Shown: in pieces, positions 33,405 through 48,896 of the stretch
How positions within the stretch are numbered: the stretch's first letter is position 1
How the letters are laid out: the number at the start of each line of letters is the position of its first letter
Source: the human T2T-CHM13v2.0 reference genome, Homo sapiens
DNA length: 64,000 nt
Assembly (NCBI RefSeq): GCF_009914755.1
Contig: NC_060932.1
Reading direction: 5' to 3' (one strand)
Translations under genes and position numbers: made by a program
The notes under the pieces: model-generated
Seen by the model: only the letters and a program-made list of their open reading frames with translations
The model's database searches: none
What the model was told of the DNA's origin: nothing

Positions 33405-35250
33405 GTTGTATTCATTCGATCATTCATTCATCAGCAACAAATATTTGTTGATGATGACTATGAGCACTGTTCTAGGTGCTTATTCATCTCTGAGTAAAAT
33501 AGACAAAGATCTCTGCCTTGCAGAGTTTCAACCTAGCGAAAAGAGAAAGGAAACAATAGACATAATAAATACACACAAGCATGAGAAAACAGTGATAAGA
33601 ACTATTGAAAAAAAGAAAAGGTAATGCAGGATAAGGAGCATAGGGGGCGCTATGAATGGGGTGGTCAGGGCAGAGCTGATGAAAAGGAATTGAACACACA
33701 TCTTAAGAAGGTGAGGGGGAGTCCAAGAAGGTACCTGGAGAAGAATGTTCCAGGCAGAGGGAGCAAGAGGAGCAGAGGCCCTCAGCCTGTTTGCAGAGGA
33801 GCGGCCGGGCCAGTGTGGTGGAGTGAGCAGGGGAGGGAAGGCAGGAGTAAGAATAACCAAGAGTCAGATTTCCATGTAAGACCCAGTAAGCTATTGCTCA
33901 TATTCCATTCTTTTACCCTGGGGCCATCAGAGCCATCAGGTTTTGACTTGTGAAGTGATATGACATAAAAGCCGTTGCCCTATAGGGCACAAGGGTCAAT
34001 AATGATGGTGGCCTGGGCCAGGCGGGTAGCAGTGGAGATGCTGAGAAATTGATTAGCATCTGACTTATTTTGAAGGTACAGCCAGTAGAATTCCCTAATA
34101 GATTGATAGCTTAAAGAAAGGGAGGAGTCAATGTTAACATTCAGACTTTTGGCCTGTAAAATTAAATAATTCAAACTTAAAGTGGTTGGAACTTATTTTG
34201 AGCCTTGAGAGGAATGTGGCTATGTGGCCTGGGCCCCACAGCGTGAAGTTGCAACTTCTGCTTTTTCCCGTAAAAGATTAGAGAAGGTCTTGTGGCACCA
34301 GAGATAAGACCCCCTCAGATCATCACCCCTCCTCACAGAATGTTAAAGCATTCCTTGGAATGTAGCAAGCTGTAACCAATCAAATTGCTATGACATTGTA
34401 CTGACCTTGCCCGGGAGATATTGCAACCCTTTTCAATCTCTCTGTCTCCGCCTGTGTAAGTGAAACCATAACTTCACTCTGGAATGCTGACCCATTTTCT
34501 TGGAGTCTGTGTTTCGCATATGGCTATCCTTAAGATTGGCACTCTAATAAACTATATAGTTCATCCTATTTTCTGAATCTCATTATTTAAGATTGACAGG
34601 CCAGAGCAACTGTAAGGATGGAGTTACCATAAAGAGAGATGGGAAAGGCAGCCAGTGGCACAAGTTTGAAGTGGGAAGACGACAGTGAAGCTTTGTTCAC
34701 GTAGAGTTTGCCACATTTGTGGGCTACCAAACGAAAACGTGAGAAAGCAATGGAGATATGAGTGTGGGGTCTAACAAAGGGGCGTGAGGCCTGGAGAAGG
34801 AGGTTGGGAGTCATTGATGTAGAGACTATCATTAAAGCCACTCTACACGTAAGATCACTCAATAATAGGTGAGCGTATTGGAGAAGAGGAGAGGTCTACA
34901 AGCTGCACCTCAGGGAGGAACTAGCAAAGGAGCCCTTGAGGGAGAGAGGAGTGAGGTAAGAGGAGCAGCCAGCGAGTGTGCTGTCCTGGAAAGAGAAAAA
35001 AGTGCATCCTGGAGGAGGAGGCCATCAGCTGGGTCAAGTGCTGCTGACAGGTGCTGGAAATTGAGAACTGAGAATTGACCACCGGATTTAACTATGTAGA
35101 GGTCACTGGTGACATGAAGAGCCATTTCAGCAGAACTGTGGAGGCGTGTCAGCCTGACTGGAGAGGGTTCCAGTGGGAGGAAAGAAGTTTTGTTGCAAAT
35201 ACAAGCAAAGATTTGGAGGGAAATCTAGTAGAAGTGGGATCAACACACAT
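33405..35250 (-). mobile_element. L2 (L2a-like), interrupted by an LTR
   Basis: (CATT)n-like L2 tail, gagcactgttctaggtgct, gggagtcaatgttaacattcagacttttggcc, gagaactgagaattgaccac. Confidence 0.85.
34155..34598 (+). mobile_element. LTR47-like solo LTR
   Basis: TG...CA termini, exact 4-bp TSD ggcc (34151-54 and 34599-602), CCAAT and AATAAA inside. Confidence 0.75.
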
Positions 35251-38200
35251 TTGTTTTTATTGTCTTTTTTTATCTTTTTATTTTATTTCTTAATTTTTTA
35301 TGGTTTTTTTGTCAATCTTGCTCCTTCTCTACTTTTTTTTAAAAAGTGAGAAAAATAACAGCATGTTTGTTTGCCAATTGAAATAATCTGGGGTAATCGT
35401 TCATGAGGGGGAGAGAGGGGAGCATTTCTGGGGCCCTGAGCAGGGTTCCTCACTACATGGGCGTGCACAGGAGTGGGGACAGCTCCTCCATGGTGACAGG
35501 CTGGAGGCCGCGAGGGACAGATGTGGTGGCCAGCAGAGTCTTTGGAAGTTTCCTTCCAGCTGCTTCAATTTTCCCATTGAAATAGGATGTGAGAGGAGTT
35601 TGGCTGTGTGAGGAGAGAGGAAAATTTTCTTAGACATGTAGAAAACAAGGAAAGTGACTCAATCAGGAAAATATAGCAGGATTGCCTGGAGATGGTGAGG
35701 TCCATTGAAGTTCAGAGGTTGTGATTGTCGAATGGGACCAGTTCTCACGATGTGTCTTTTTTTCCCACCTTGAGAAAAGGGTAGGAGCTCTCCACTGCTT
35801 GGGGTGGGGGCACCTGAGGCTGGATTTCCTGAGACTCCCTGGGCCTTCGGGTGTCAAAATTTTCATTGCTACTGCCAGGCATTTTAGGGGCCAAAAATAA
35901 AAACCAACTGATGCTGTCACATTGGACCTGCCTAGCTTCTGAATCCCTGTTACTCATTCTCTTGGGTTGAGGATTTGAAAGCAACAGGCTTGGAATTCAA
36001 GGAGCTACGTTTGCATCCCTAGGCACAGCACTGTGAGAAAAGGGGCCCTCTATTAGCATTACTCCACAGAAATGGCTTCTGAGGAAAGCCCGTGGAAGCA
36101 ATATTTGGCAGGGCTCCTCGATCCATACTTCAGCCGGGAGTAACTGGCTCATGCCCAGCCAGGAGCCCAAATCCCCAACTCCTGCGGCTGTGCCTCTCTG
36201 TTAGTGCAGAGTGGCTGGTTTCCCTGCCTTTACTGTTGGCTTCCAGGCAGATTTCCTCCCAGCTGTCTCCTCCCCTATTTGTGTAATTGACATGAGTCAT
36301 TTGGGTGATTTCTGCCTTTAATCTGAGAGGGCCTCTGTGGTCATCTGTGTTGCACAGCTCAAAAATTCCAGGAACAGAACCTCTCCTGTTAGATTTCTGT
36401 TAGTGCACAGTGGGTTGTGATCAGGTGAGCGGGTGCCAGGGACCATGACAATGGCATGAGGGGGACAGGCAGCAGTTGTGAGGGAACTCTGTCATCTTCA
36501 TTGTACACCTGTTTATCTGCAAGCTCATTGCCTTCGTGTGAGGTTTCAAATCACTATCATGACTGCAAATTGACTTAAGAATTTAAAACATAAAACACAA
36601 AGAGTGAGAAAAGTGCTCACCAAAATATTGTTTTAATGGTAATTATAAGAGTTTTCTGATGTGTGACGTGTTTCGTTGCCTTTTCTAATGTCTTTTTGGC
36701 TGGAAGTAAAGAAAGGCTCAGAAGCAGAGACTCCCAGCATCTCCTTAATTTTCTATCTCCTCTGAAATATGACTCCTCTGTATTTTTGTTTAGGAAGCAT
36801 TTCTAGGAACAATTTTCAGCAATTAGGAAGGAAGCAACCCGCAGAGCCCTGGCGTCAGGACTCAGGGAAAATATCCTGAGGTCTGGATGAGAGCAGGCAC
36901 CTGCAACTGTGTGAGCTGGGCAGCGCTCGCTGACACAGAATCTATCCAGACCCTGTTCCTGAACCTCACTTTACAAACACAAAGGAATGATAGAAAAGCC
37001 ATTCCCAGTTTTCCGAATTACTGAAAACAAGGCAATATCGAAATATTAACTACAAACAGTGAAGAAAACAATTGTATGGAAGGCTTTCTGCCTGTATCTA
37101 CCTACATTCAAAAGTTGTTTCTTTCACCTCTCCCTGCCACATCCTCCCCGGAGTTCTAACGTTATTATTATGGCTGGTCCATGGTAACGAGCTATTAAAA
37201 GGGTTAAAGCTTTATTTGTTTGAGTTTCTTTTCCTATATAGAAAAAGCAATAAACATTACCAGGAATGTATCCTGAGCACACATTCTCTCTAATGCATTA
37301 ACAAAAGCAATCAATATAAATGACATTTGTCAAGGAACCTAATTCTGTGAACCCACGCCATTCAGGTGCTCCTTTTCCAGGCAAAACCTGCCACCATGTG
37401 GAAGACGGTGGCATTGCAGCCCCTTGTCCAAAAATCTCGCTTCCACAAGGACAAAGGGACGTTCTGAGCCAAAACACAAAGTCAAAACACAGCAAAGGGC
37501 TCCTCAAAACGATGATCAGCAAGAAACCATTCTCTGTCTACTTTCTCAGCTTGCACCATCAAAGGGATATCAAGAATTCGCCGTTTACTTCGGTTGAAAA
37601 ATCAAGTCCCGGGCTCAGAGTCCCCCTGCCCTAGATAATTCCTCTTGATAAAAGAACCATAGATTATCAGAAGGGAACTTACAGATTACCCGGTTCCTTC
37701 TTCTTCTTCTTTTTTTTTTTTTTTTAACAAACAAAAGGGAAAGGAAAAGCAACAGGATGGTGGGGATGTTTACCACTTCTTGTGCTGTGTTCTCTCTATA
37801 TATAAGTAATAGACAAAGGAGGTAACGTCTCCGGAGACCCTATCTGGAAGGTAGCAGGGTAGTTCCCTCTGTAGGGGGGCTCTGCCACTGCTGCGATCAC
37901 CTCCAAGCCCCCTTTCAGATCAGCTAGGAGAGGCACCATAGACAGGCCAGAGTTGTCTCTGAGGAAATGAGGGATGGGCCAGCACAGGCCGTGCAGGACG
38001 GAACCCGAGTCCCAAGTGAAAAAGCTGAGGGAAAGGTTCTGCAGGGAACCTGCAGGAAATATGGGAGAACCCTGTGAGGTCAAGTGGACACACTTCTGCA
38101 CATGCCTCCCGACCACCTGGCTTGGTGGTCCACTTTTGGGGTGGCTGGCACTCTTCCTGCAGTACAAAGAATCAGGGTGGTGGCCCCGAGACAGCCCTGG

Positions 38201-38773
38201 TGGATGAGGATCAGATGAAAGAGACACAGTCCCGCTCCTGGTTTCTCAGAGCACCCTCAATTTCCTCTCCTACAGCGCATGCCAGTGAGAATTATACTTA
38301 TCTGTTGCTTCCCCATTTGCCCCCGTAGATTATGTGCCTCTTAAAGGAAGGAACTGTATCTCTTCCATCTCTGCATCCTTAGAGCCTAACACAGACCCTG
38401 ATAAATAACAGGCACCTAATAAATGTTAAATAAAAGGGAAAAAAAAAAGACAGAGGGAGGAAGGACAAAAGGCCCGAGGGAGGGAGGGAAGCCGAGACTA
38501 GACTTATGACTGCTGCAGGAACGTTGCTGATGAATGCAGCAGACCCTCAGGTGATTAATTTTAGAAAGTGTTTGTCCCCAGACACATGACAACAGTTCAC
38601 CCCACGCTGCTTTCCTTGCCAATCAGCAAGGCAAAACCTCAGGACACTTTCTCTTCCCTGACATAACACCCCTGGTAGGCTGGGCTTTTGTGGTGATTTT
38701 GTTCTTTTAATTTTTAACATTATTTTCTAAAAATTTCAAATCTACCAAAAAAAAGAAAAGAAGAGAATAGAAA

Positions 38774-39057
38774 GGCCAGGCACTGACACACCTGTAATCT
38801 CAGCACTTTGTGAGGCTGAGGTGATAGGATAGCTTGAGGCCAGGAGTTCGAGACCAGCCTGGGCAACATGGCAAGACTTCATCTCTACACACTAAGTACA
38901 AAAAGTAGCCAGGCATGATGGCACACACTACTCAGGAGGCTGAGGTGAGAGGATCACTTGAGCCCGGGAGGTCAAGGCTGCAGTGAGCTGAGATCATGCC
39001 ACTGCACTCCAGAACAGGAAACAGAGAAAGACTCCGTCTCAAAAACAAAAAAAAAAA
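38774..39057 (+). mobile_element. AluJ with small deletions
   Basis: J-type dimer. Confidence 0.9.
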
Positions 39058-39154
39058 TGCAAGACCACCAGCATGTCATTCATGGAAATCCACCCTTTTA
39101 TTAGGATCAAGTTTATCCTTCCTGTATTTCTTCTTTGCAAAAATTAGCAAATGT

Positions 39155-39178
39155 ACACACACACACACACACACACAC
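39155..39178. repeat. (CA)n microsatellite
   Basis: Direct inspection. Confidence 0.95.
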
Positions 39179-39846
39179 GATTTAGTTTCCCCGTGTTTCT
39201 TACACAAAAGTTAATAAAACATATGCAACTTTCACATTTTTCTTTTTTCTGCTAATGATATATCTTGAAGAAGACTCGGTGTTCTTTCAGAGAAATCTTC
39301 CTCATTTCCATGATGGTGTCAACAGTCTCCCATTATGTGGATAAGCCACAGTTTACTCAACCAGTCTCCTATGGATTGGCTTTTAGTTCATTTCCAACAG
39401 TTTGTCATTACAAATAATTCCAGTAATAAATAACTTTATGCGTAGCAGATTGTTTTAAACGTGTGATGAGTAAAGATACATTTTCAGAGAGAATTCTTAG
39501 AAGTGGGGTTGCTGGTCAAACTGTAAATGCTATTTTCTGTTTGCTGTTTTCCAATTTCCCGTCCTAGGACCTGTCCTATTTCGCAGGCTCATCAGCCCTG
39601 TATGACAGGGCCGGTTTCCCCACAGCCTTGCCAAAGGAGTGCTTTTAAAAAATCTTTCGCATGTTTGCCAAATCCATAGGTGAGAAATGATATCCCCACG
39701 CAGTTTTAATTTGCATTCTTCTTTTTACCGTGAAGTTGTATATCTTTTATAAGCTTAGAGGTCACTTATTTATGATTTTTGTGAACTCTTTGTTCATTAT
39801 TTTTCTCATTTTTCTATCGGGATTTTAATCTTTTATTTCCCTCAAT

Positions 39847-40193
39847 TTCTTTTTTTTCTTTTTCTTTTTTTTTTCGTGTGTGTGTGTGAGAGAGAGAGAA
39901 AAAAAAAAAGAGAAAGAGAGAGAGGTTCGTACTCTGTTGCCCAGGCTGGAGTGCAATGATGCAACCACTGCTCACTGCAGCCTGGAACTCCTGCACTCAA
40001 GCAACTCTGCCACCTCAGCCTCCTGAGTAGCTGGGACTACATGTATGTGCCACCACACCCAGCTAACTTTTGTATTTTTCGTAGAGATGGTGTCTTGCTA
40101 TGTTGCCCAAGCTGGTCTGCTAGCCTCAAGTGATCCTCCCCGCTCAACCTCCCAAAGGGTTGGGATTAGAGGCATAAGCCATCATCCCTGTCC
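39847..40193 (-). mobile_element. AluJ with compound T/(TG)/(AG)/A microsatellite tail
   Basis: Antisense J-type dimer. Confidence 0.9.
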
Positions 40194-40615
40194 ATATGAT
40201 CCATTTTGAGCTAATTTTTGTCGATGGTGTAAGTAAGGGGTCCAACTTTATTCTTCTGCATGTGGATACCCAATTGCCCTAACCCCGTTTGTTTAAAACA
40301 CTGTTCTTTCCCCCGCTGAATTATCTTAGCATCCTTGTCAAAACTCAATTGACTATAAATTTATGGATTTATTTCTGAGTCCTCAGTTATTTTCTACTAG
40401 TCTATGTTTGTCTTTATGCAAGTACTACACTATGGATTACTGTAGTTTTGTATAAGTTTAGAAATTTGGATGCGAGTCTTCCAACTATGTTCTTCTTTTT
40501 CAAAATTGTTTTGGCTACTCTGGGTTCCTTGCATATCCATATGAACACGAGGATCACTTCATTAATTTCTGCAAAGAAGCCAGTGTATTTTGAGAGGTAT
40601 GTGTTGAATCTGTAG

Positions 40616-41017
<402 letters not shown>

Positions 41018-41196
41018 TAATTTCTTTTAAGAATACTTCCTGATTTTCAATGTACAAGCCTTACACACCTTTTGTAAATTTGTTTCTAAGTATTTTATTA
41101 TTTTCAATGCAACTGTAAATGAAATAGCTGCCTTAATTTCATTTTCAGATTGTTCACGGTCGGTGTATATAAATACAATTGATTTTTGTATGCTCA

Positions 41197-41675
41197 TGTT
41201 ATTAGTTTTCTATTGCTGCTGTACAAATTACCACTAACTTGGGGCTTTAAATAATGCAAATGTATTATCTGACAGTTCTACAGGTCAAGGGTCCAATATG
41301 GTCTCATCGGTGGCAGAAGGGCTACATTTCTCTCTGGAGGCTGTCAGGGAGAAACTCTTGTTTTACCTTTTTCAGTCTCTGGATTCTTGGTTTATGGTCC
41401 CTTCCTCCCTCCACATAAGGTCACACCTTGCCATGTTCCATCACTCTGACCTCCTCCACTGCCTCCATCCTCCACTTGGAAGGACCCTCATCTCTACATT
41501 GGATCTCCTGATAATCCAAGGCAATCTCCCTATGTTAAAAATCATCTGATTAGCAGTCTTAATTCAACTCTGCAACCTTCAATCCCCTTGGACATGTAAC
41601 CTGACATATTCACAGGTTCTGAGATTAGGTCATGGACATCTCTGGGACTGGGGGAGCATCATTCTGCCTATGACA
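41197..41675 (-). mobile_element. MLT1C/D-like MaLR LTR
   Basis: ttagttttctattgctgctgtacaaattaccac...catattcacaggttctgagattagg...cattctgcctatgaca. Confidence 0.8.
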
Positions 41676-43241
41676 TTGATCTTGCATCCTGAAACACTGA
41701 TGAACACATTTATTAGTGCTAATATTTTTTGTGTATTCCTTAGAAATTTTTGTACAAGATCATATCATCTATAAATAGGTTAGTTTTACTTCTTTTTTTT
41801 CAATCTGGATAGATTTTATTTCTTTTTCTTGCCTAATAGCTTTGGCTAGAATTTTCATTACAATATTCAAAAGAGGTGATGAGAGTAGACATCTTTGTCT
41901 TGTTCCTGATCATAGGAGAAAAGCATTCCATCTTTCACCTTCAAGTATGAGATGAGGTGTGGTTTTTATACAGATGGCCTTTATTTGGTTGTGAAAGTTC
42001 CCTCCGTTTCCTAGTTCATTGAGTATTTTCATCCTGAAAATGTGTTGAATTTTGTGAAATAATTTTTCTGTGTCTATTGAGGTGATCAGTGGGATTTGTT
42101 CTTTATTCAATATTGATTTATCATTTTCTGTCATGTTTTTGTCTGGTTACAGTTTCAGGATAATACTGGCCTCATTAAATGAGTTGGAAAGAGTTCTCTC
42201 CTCTTTTATTTCTTGGAAGACTTTGTGAATGATTGGTGTCAATTTTTAAAAAAATGTTAGGTAGAATTTTCCAGTAATGCCACCTTGACTTGGACTTTTC
42301 TTTGCAAGAAGTTTTTAAATTACCAATTCAATCACTTTATTTGTTATAGGTATGTTTGATTCTGTATTCTTTTTTAGGTTAGTTTTGGTCATTTTTGTAT
42401 TTCTAGAAATTTGTTCATTTACTTCTGGATTATCTAATTTGTTGGCAACAGTTTTTCAAACTGTTTGTATGTAATATTTTTTATTTCTGTAATGTTGATG
42501 GTGATGTTCCTTATTTTTTTTATTTTTTAGAAATTCTACAATTTTGATTTGTAGTTCCCACTTTGTCCTAAATGTGCTTGTATATAAAGTTCTTTGTTTG
42601 TTTGTTTGTTTGTTTGTTTGTTTTAATTGGCAGGCAGAAGGCTCTTCTACACTTTTGATTTTGTTATTCAATTTTGTGGCATTGTGATTAGAGTATGTTA
42701 TTTATGTTAGTTCTACTTCGTGGTATTTATTGAGGTTTACTTGTGATTTAATATATAGCCAATCCTTGTGAATGTTCTATGTATGCTTGAGAAGAATGTG
42801 TATTTCTATGAGTGGTGTCAAGTTTGATGTAGAGCTGTTAGGTCCACCTTATTAAGTTATATCATACCTCAGCTAACATTGTGTCCACATGGTCTGTCTT
42901 GGACTAAATGTTAAAGTCTCATGCCAATAGCATGCTTCTATTTCTCCCTGTGTCTCTTGTTGCTGCTTTAAGGGGTTAGTTGCTCTGTTATTTGGGTAGG
43001 TATTCAGGACTGACATATCTTTATTGTAAATTGTAGCCTTTAGCATTTTACAGTATACAATTTTTGTTTGTTATTGTGTTGCTGTTCTGCAAGGTTTTTG
43101 AGACTAAATTCTACCTTGTCTGATATCAGAATCTCTTGTATCTGTTTTCTGCAAATGCATTTACTCATCTCTATTTTTAGCCTTTCTGAATCACATTATT
43201 TCAGGTATGCTTCTTTTATATGGTTGATTTTTGTGTTATGA

Positions 43242-43586
<345 letters not shown>

Positions 43587-45148
43587 TAATTCATTATATT
43601 TATTAACATAGGCAACATGTTTCATCTCAACTTTGACGTATTTTTAATCATTTATTTACTGGTGCATTTTGTTCTATTTACTCTTTTTGTTTTTCTTTCT
43701 TTATGTGGTATGTTTCTTTCATTGTTTTAAATTACTAGGGAAGAGTGGAGTTTTGAAGGTTTGTGTTTTTGTTCTACCATATTCCCCTATACTAATATCA
43801 TTTCTAACCAATTTATTTCCTTTTCCTTATTTATTTTTCTACTGTTTGGTTTGTCAGCTTCAAAGGGTATTATTTGACACCTACCTATTAGCATCTAGAA
43901 ATCAATGAGCTTATTTCCCTTTCCTCTTTCTCTTCACATTTTTAGTTAAATTATTACTTTATTAGAACTCATAATATTTAGTGTTCTTCTATTCTTACAA
44001 ATTTATTTATTACAATATTGCTCTTCTATTGTCTTGCCTCTCTTTTGAAGTTAAGAATGCTGACGCCAGCACAATTTTCTTTTCTTTGTAAATGGCTTGG
44101 AGGATTGTATTGAGCACTTAAAGGATTTTTTCCTTTGTCTTTAAAGTCAGATTGTTTTATTAAGACTGTTGAGAACATATCAACAGATCTTTGAAATATG
44201 AAAATTGTCTTTATTTTCAGAAAGAGTTTTTGTGCCATAGCTTTACATAAATATTAGTTGTTGTTGCTGTTCTTCTATCTCCTTAGTCTGACTCCTCTAT
44301 TTCAATTACATGTAAGTGAGATTTTCTTTGCCTATTTATTTATAGCTGTTATTGTCTTTGTGATCCCATTTTTACCTCTTATTTTAATTTTATTTTTGTT
44401 CTCTTGGGTATTTTCATTCCTTTCTTCAATTTCCCTGTTTTATTTTCAAGTGAATCCATTCTCTCAATGAATCTTGTGATGAAGTTTTTATTTCTGAGAT
44501 GGTTCTTACTTATCTTTTCTGATAGCAATCCATCATTCATTTCACAAATTTCTGGCTTTTGTCATTTTTGTCTTTAAATTTTTGTCGAGTTAGTCACTTT
44601 GCCTTTAGTTTTCTGATCCAAGATATTTGCTTCCAATCTGAGAATTATTCGCAAAGAAGGCGTAGATTGGATGAGGTGTTACTTACGCTTTCCCCTAGTT
44701 TGTGGTGGTTTTGATGGGGAGGGTAGCGTTCATTGTCGTTTCCCATTTTCATCTCACGGTGGCTCTGTATGGAAGTTGTCCTTTGTGCTGCGTTCCTCTA
44801 GCGGGTCTAATATTTTCCTGGGTCAGCAATAACAGATGTAGGTGGGCAGGAGGATTTAGGGGACTACATTTCTTAGTTCAAGATTCCACTCATCTTTCAC
44901 TATAATAAGATGCAGTTTGTTGCTTTTGTTTTAGTACAAATGTCTTTTATGGGGAATGATTGGGTGTGTATTTTGATCCTGTGGTGCTCTTTTGTTTCCA
45001 TAGAAACTTTAATTTATGTCTCTGGATTCCTTCTTTCTCTTTCCCATTAAGCCTCCAAAGAACACCTGCCCTCTCTGAGTTACCAGCCAGAACTGGCGCT
45101 TTCCTGAGACCGCCACCTCCGGTCCACTACGTGTTTATGCTTCTGCAG

Positions 45149-45293
45149 CTGCCTCCTCCTCCTCCTCCTCTTCTCCTCCTCCTCCTCTTCTTCTCCTTCT
45201 TCCTTCCTCCTCCTCTTCTTCTTCCTCCTCCTCCTTCTTCTTCTTCTTCCTTTCTTCCTCCTTCTTCCTTCTTCTTCTTCTTCCTTCTTTTTA
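45149..45293. repeat. (CCT/CTT)n polypyrimidine tract
   Basis: About 140 nt of almost pure C/T triplets, abutting a FLAM tail. Confidence 0.95.
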
Positions 45294-45412
45294 ATTAAAA
45301 TAGAGACAGGGTCTTGCTAGATTACCCAGGCTGGTCTTGAACTCCTGAGCCCAAGTGATACTCCTGCCTCAGCCTCCCAAAGAGTTGGGATTACAGACAT
45401 GAGCCACTGCCC
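45294..45412 (-). mobile_element. FLAM / Alu left monomer
   Basis: tagagacagggtcttgc...gggattacagacatgagccactg. Confidence 0.85.
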
Positions 45413-45445
45413 TGAGAATACTTTTTCCTTTTGATCCTTCAGTAG

Positions 45446-45853
<408 letters not shown>

Positions 45854-46174
45854 TGAGCTCCTTCCCTGCTGGGGCCCGGGTGCCCTTCCCTCTGCTCTGC
45901 AGTGCCCATCTGACTCCACTGTGGGGAGGGTGCCAGCGCTGGCGCTATTGTTTCAGATGTCTGTCCCTTAATTACACCCGCACTGAAGCTTGCAGTGTTC
46001 GCTGTCGTCTAGTAATGTTGTAGACATGGGTTATAGATACTATGACTTGCTCTCTTTGTTGCTCTATATGGTTTTTGCAGAACATATGGAGAGATTAAAA
46101 TTTTGGCAGCCACTATGATCCTAAAAGAACTTGGAGGTTCCTCCAACTGCCTTTTTTTAAGTTAACCTTGAAAC

Positions 46175-46700
46175 ATTTTTTGTATTTGTATAAATTTAAG
46201 GGGTACAAGTGCATTTTTATTCCATGGATATCTTGCATGGAGGTGATGTCTGGGCTGTTAGTGTAGCCATCACTCAAATAGTGCATATTCCACCTATTAA
46301 GTAATTTCTCATCCCTCACCCCCCAACTCTTCTGAGTCTAAACGTCTGTCATCCTACAGTCTATCCATGTGTACATGCTATTTAGCGCCCACTCATTAAT
46401 GAGAACAGGCAGTATCTGACTTTCTGTTTCTAGTTGTTTCACTTAAGATAATGGCCTTCAGTTTTGAGGGCCACATTGCTGCAGAAGACTTGATTTCATT
46501 CTTTTTTAGAGCTGAATAGTATTCCGTGGTGTATATATACGTTTTCGTTATCCAATCATTTGTTGATGGACACATAAGTGGATTCCGTGACTTTGCTATT
46601 GTGAGCAGTGCTGCAATAAACATATGGGTGCAGGTATCTTTTTGATTTAGTGATTTCTTTTCCTTTGGGTAGATACCCAGTAGAGGGATTGCTGAATCGA
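46175..46700 (-). mobile_element. L1PB4-like 3' end
   Basis: aaatttaaggggtacaagtgca...taagtaatttctcatccctcacccc. ORF 46396-46623 is the L1 ORF2 C-terminus. Confidence 0.8.
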
Positions 46701-48896
46701 CTGACTCTCAAGATTCCTTTTTACCTCTTCAAACTTTTTCTGGATTTTCTTAACTTGGCCTCACTCATAAAAATGTGTTGAATGGTTAAAAAATGGAAGC
46801 TACATAAAGTGATTGGACTCAGCCATCCCCTAACCTAGGAAGTAGCTGAGAGACATTTTCTGTTTTCAGAACACTTGGAGGGTCCAGAGATCGCATAGGA
46901 AGCCCACATCCCCATGTCCTCTTTTTCCTATGTCTTCTTCTGTCCCCCAGTCCCCCCAAAATAATCCTTTACCTCATCACTATAAGGCAGGGCAGGTTCT
47001 ATTTACATTGGAGTCCAGTGAGAAAATGTACCACATATAAAATAGTATACTGAGAGTGAGGTCAGAAGATGTAGAGGCCAGCTCCGTTTCTCCCTAACCC
47101 CACCTCATCACATGCCCATAGGGAACAACTTACCTTTCTGAACTCAAAATTGTCACTATCACAAATGTAAATGAACTCACTGTCTTTCATTTATGCGGCT
47201 TACGTATGAAGCTGGGGTAATTATCTTGCAAAGCTATTTTGAAATATAAGCATGCCTGAAAAAGTAGAAAATGCCATAAAAATATGAAGTTTTTTTTATA
47301 CAAGCCAGAGACAAACATAGATACCATCCTACCAGGAATTTCAGTAGGATTTGTGGCCAACCCAGATGTAGAGGCCTCTAGACCTTGGCAGTGGAACAAG
47401 AGAAGGTGAGGGAATGAGAAAATAATAACCTTTGCTATTGACGTGAACATCATCTGTGAATATCCTGCAAGTACCATAGAGGGGTTTATATTGAGTTTGA
47501 ATTGCAAAATCCTGAAATAGGTTCATAATAGTTTCCTCCGGCAACAGACAGTTTTGTACTAGGCTATCTGGGGACCAAAGTGAGAGCAAAGGCAGATGCC
47601 CTTGGCATCTCTAAGAAGATTTTATTGTTTCTCCCTCCCATCTTTATTTACTGTGAGAGTAGAAAATAGGAATTGGAAAAGTCTCAGCCTCTTCTTTGGT
47701 TCTTGGCTTGCTAACCCTTTTCTGAGCTTCAAAACAAATGAGCAACTAGAGTTGCTTTTTATGGAATTCTGAGAAAGAAGTTCTAAAAACCGCTCACGCT
47801 CCAGGAGGTGGCTTGAGGATTTTACCCACTCATTTGTTTATGATGTGATTTGCAAAGTGGCCATCAGAAGCCTCTAGCCCTGCCCTCCCTACATGTCTTA
47901 AGATCACCAGAGAAGACTCTAGAACCCCTGTACTCTAGAACCACTGACCTAACAGTTATTAGTTAAGAGTCCCAGGGGAAATAAACCAGCTCCCAATTTA
48001 TGCTTCATACTTTGAACAAGTCCCCTTTTCTACCATCATCTTAGGGGACTTCGAGGTGAGGATGCATGCTCTGTGTCACATATATAGTGAGATACACTAT
48101 GTGTATGGTGCTATAGGCTACATGTAAGGTGCGGTACAGTACATGTATAGAATGCTATACTAAATGTGCCAATCTAGCAGACATTGTTAGTTATCCATCA
48201 ATTATCCATTTCCCCCTCCTCCTTTCTAAAAGAGTCCTATTTTGTTTCAGTATCTGCCCTGAGTGGTTCAGGAGAAGGAGACCCCATTCCCAAGGCCAGC
48301 CTGACTATTCTGAGCCAATGTTGCTTCATGCCATTCCTCCTGGCCCTGACTGGCTTAACAATAGACAGATGACTTAATTCTGGCCAAGAATACATGACAG
48401 GAAGTATGCCAGGGTGCTCCTGAGAAGGACCTCTCACCCTCAAGAATGAGACAAAGGAATAAGCACCCCTTTTTTGTTATGCTTGGAGGCAAGGCCTGGA
48501 ATGGAATGTCCCCAGCGACCATGCCCCAGACTGAGAGTGAAACCAGAGGAGCCCAGAGAACCACAGCGAGGCCCTGCCCCGTGCGCCATGCCTGGCTCTG
48601 TCTCATCCCAGGCCCCTTGTTATGTGGAAGAATGCATTTTATTTTGTTTAAGTTATTAAGTCAGAATTCTATGTTCCTGCAATACAATAGTGTGAGTCAC
48701 ATAAACAACTTCTACTTTAAAATTTTCACACACAATAATTCAGACCCACAAAGGATATTTCCACATCCTCACAAAACCCCAAGCATAAAAATGGTTTTAT
48801 GGAAGGAGAAAAGGGTAGTTTGGATGGACTGAAGATTTTCTCCACAACCCTTTATACAATAAGGTATGCAAATTTTATATGAAAATAAGTGTTCCC

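Noticed and set aside
44960-45298. Pro/Leu/Ser-rich 112-aa ORF
   Set aside because: Artifact of the stop-free (CCT/CTT)n tract.
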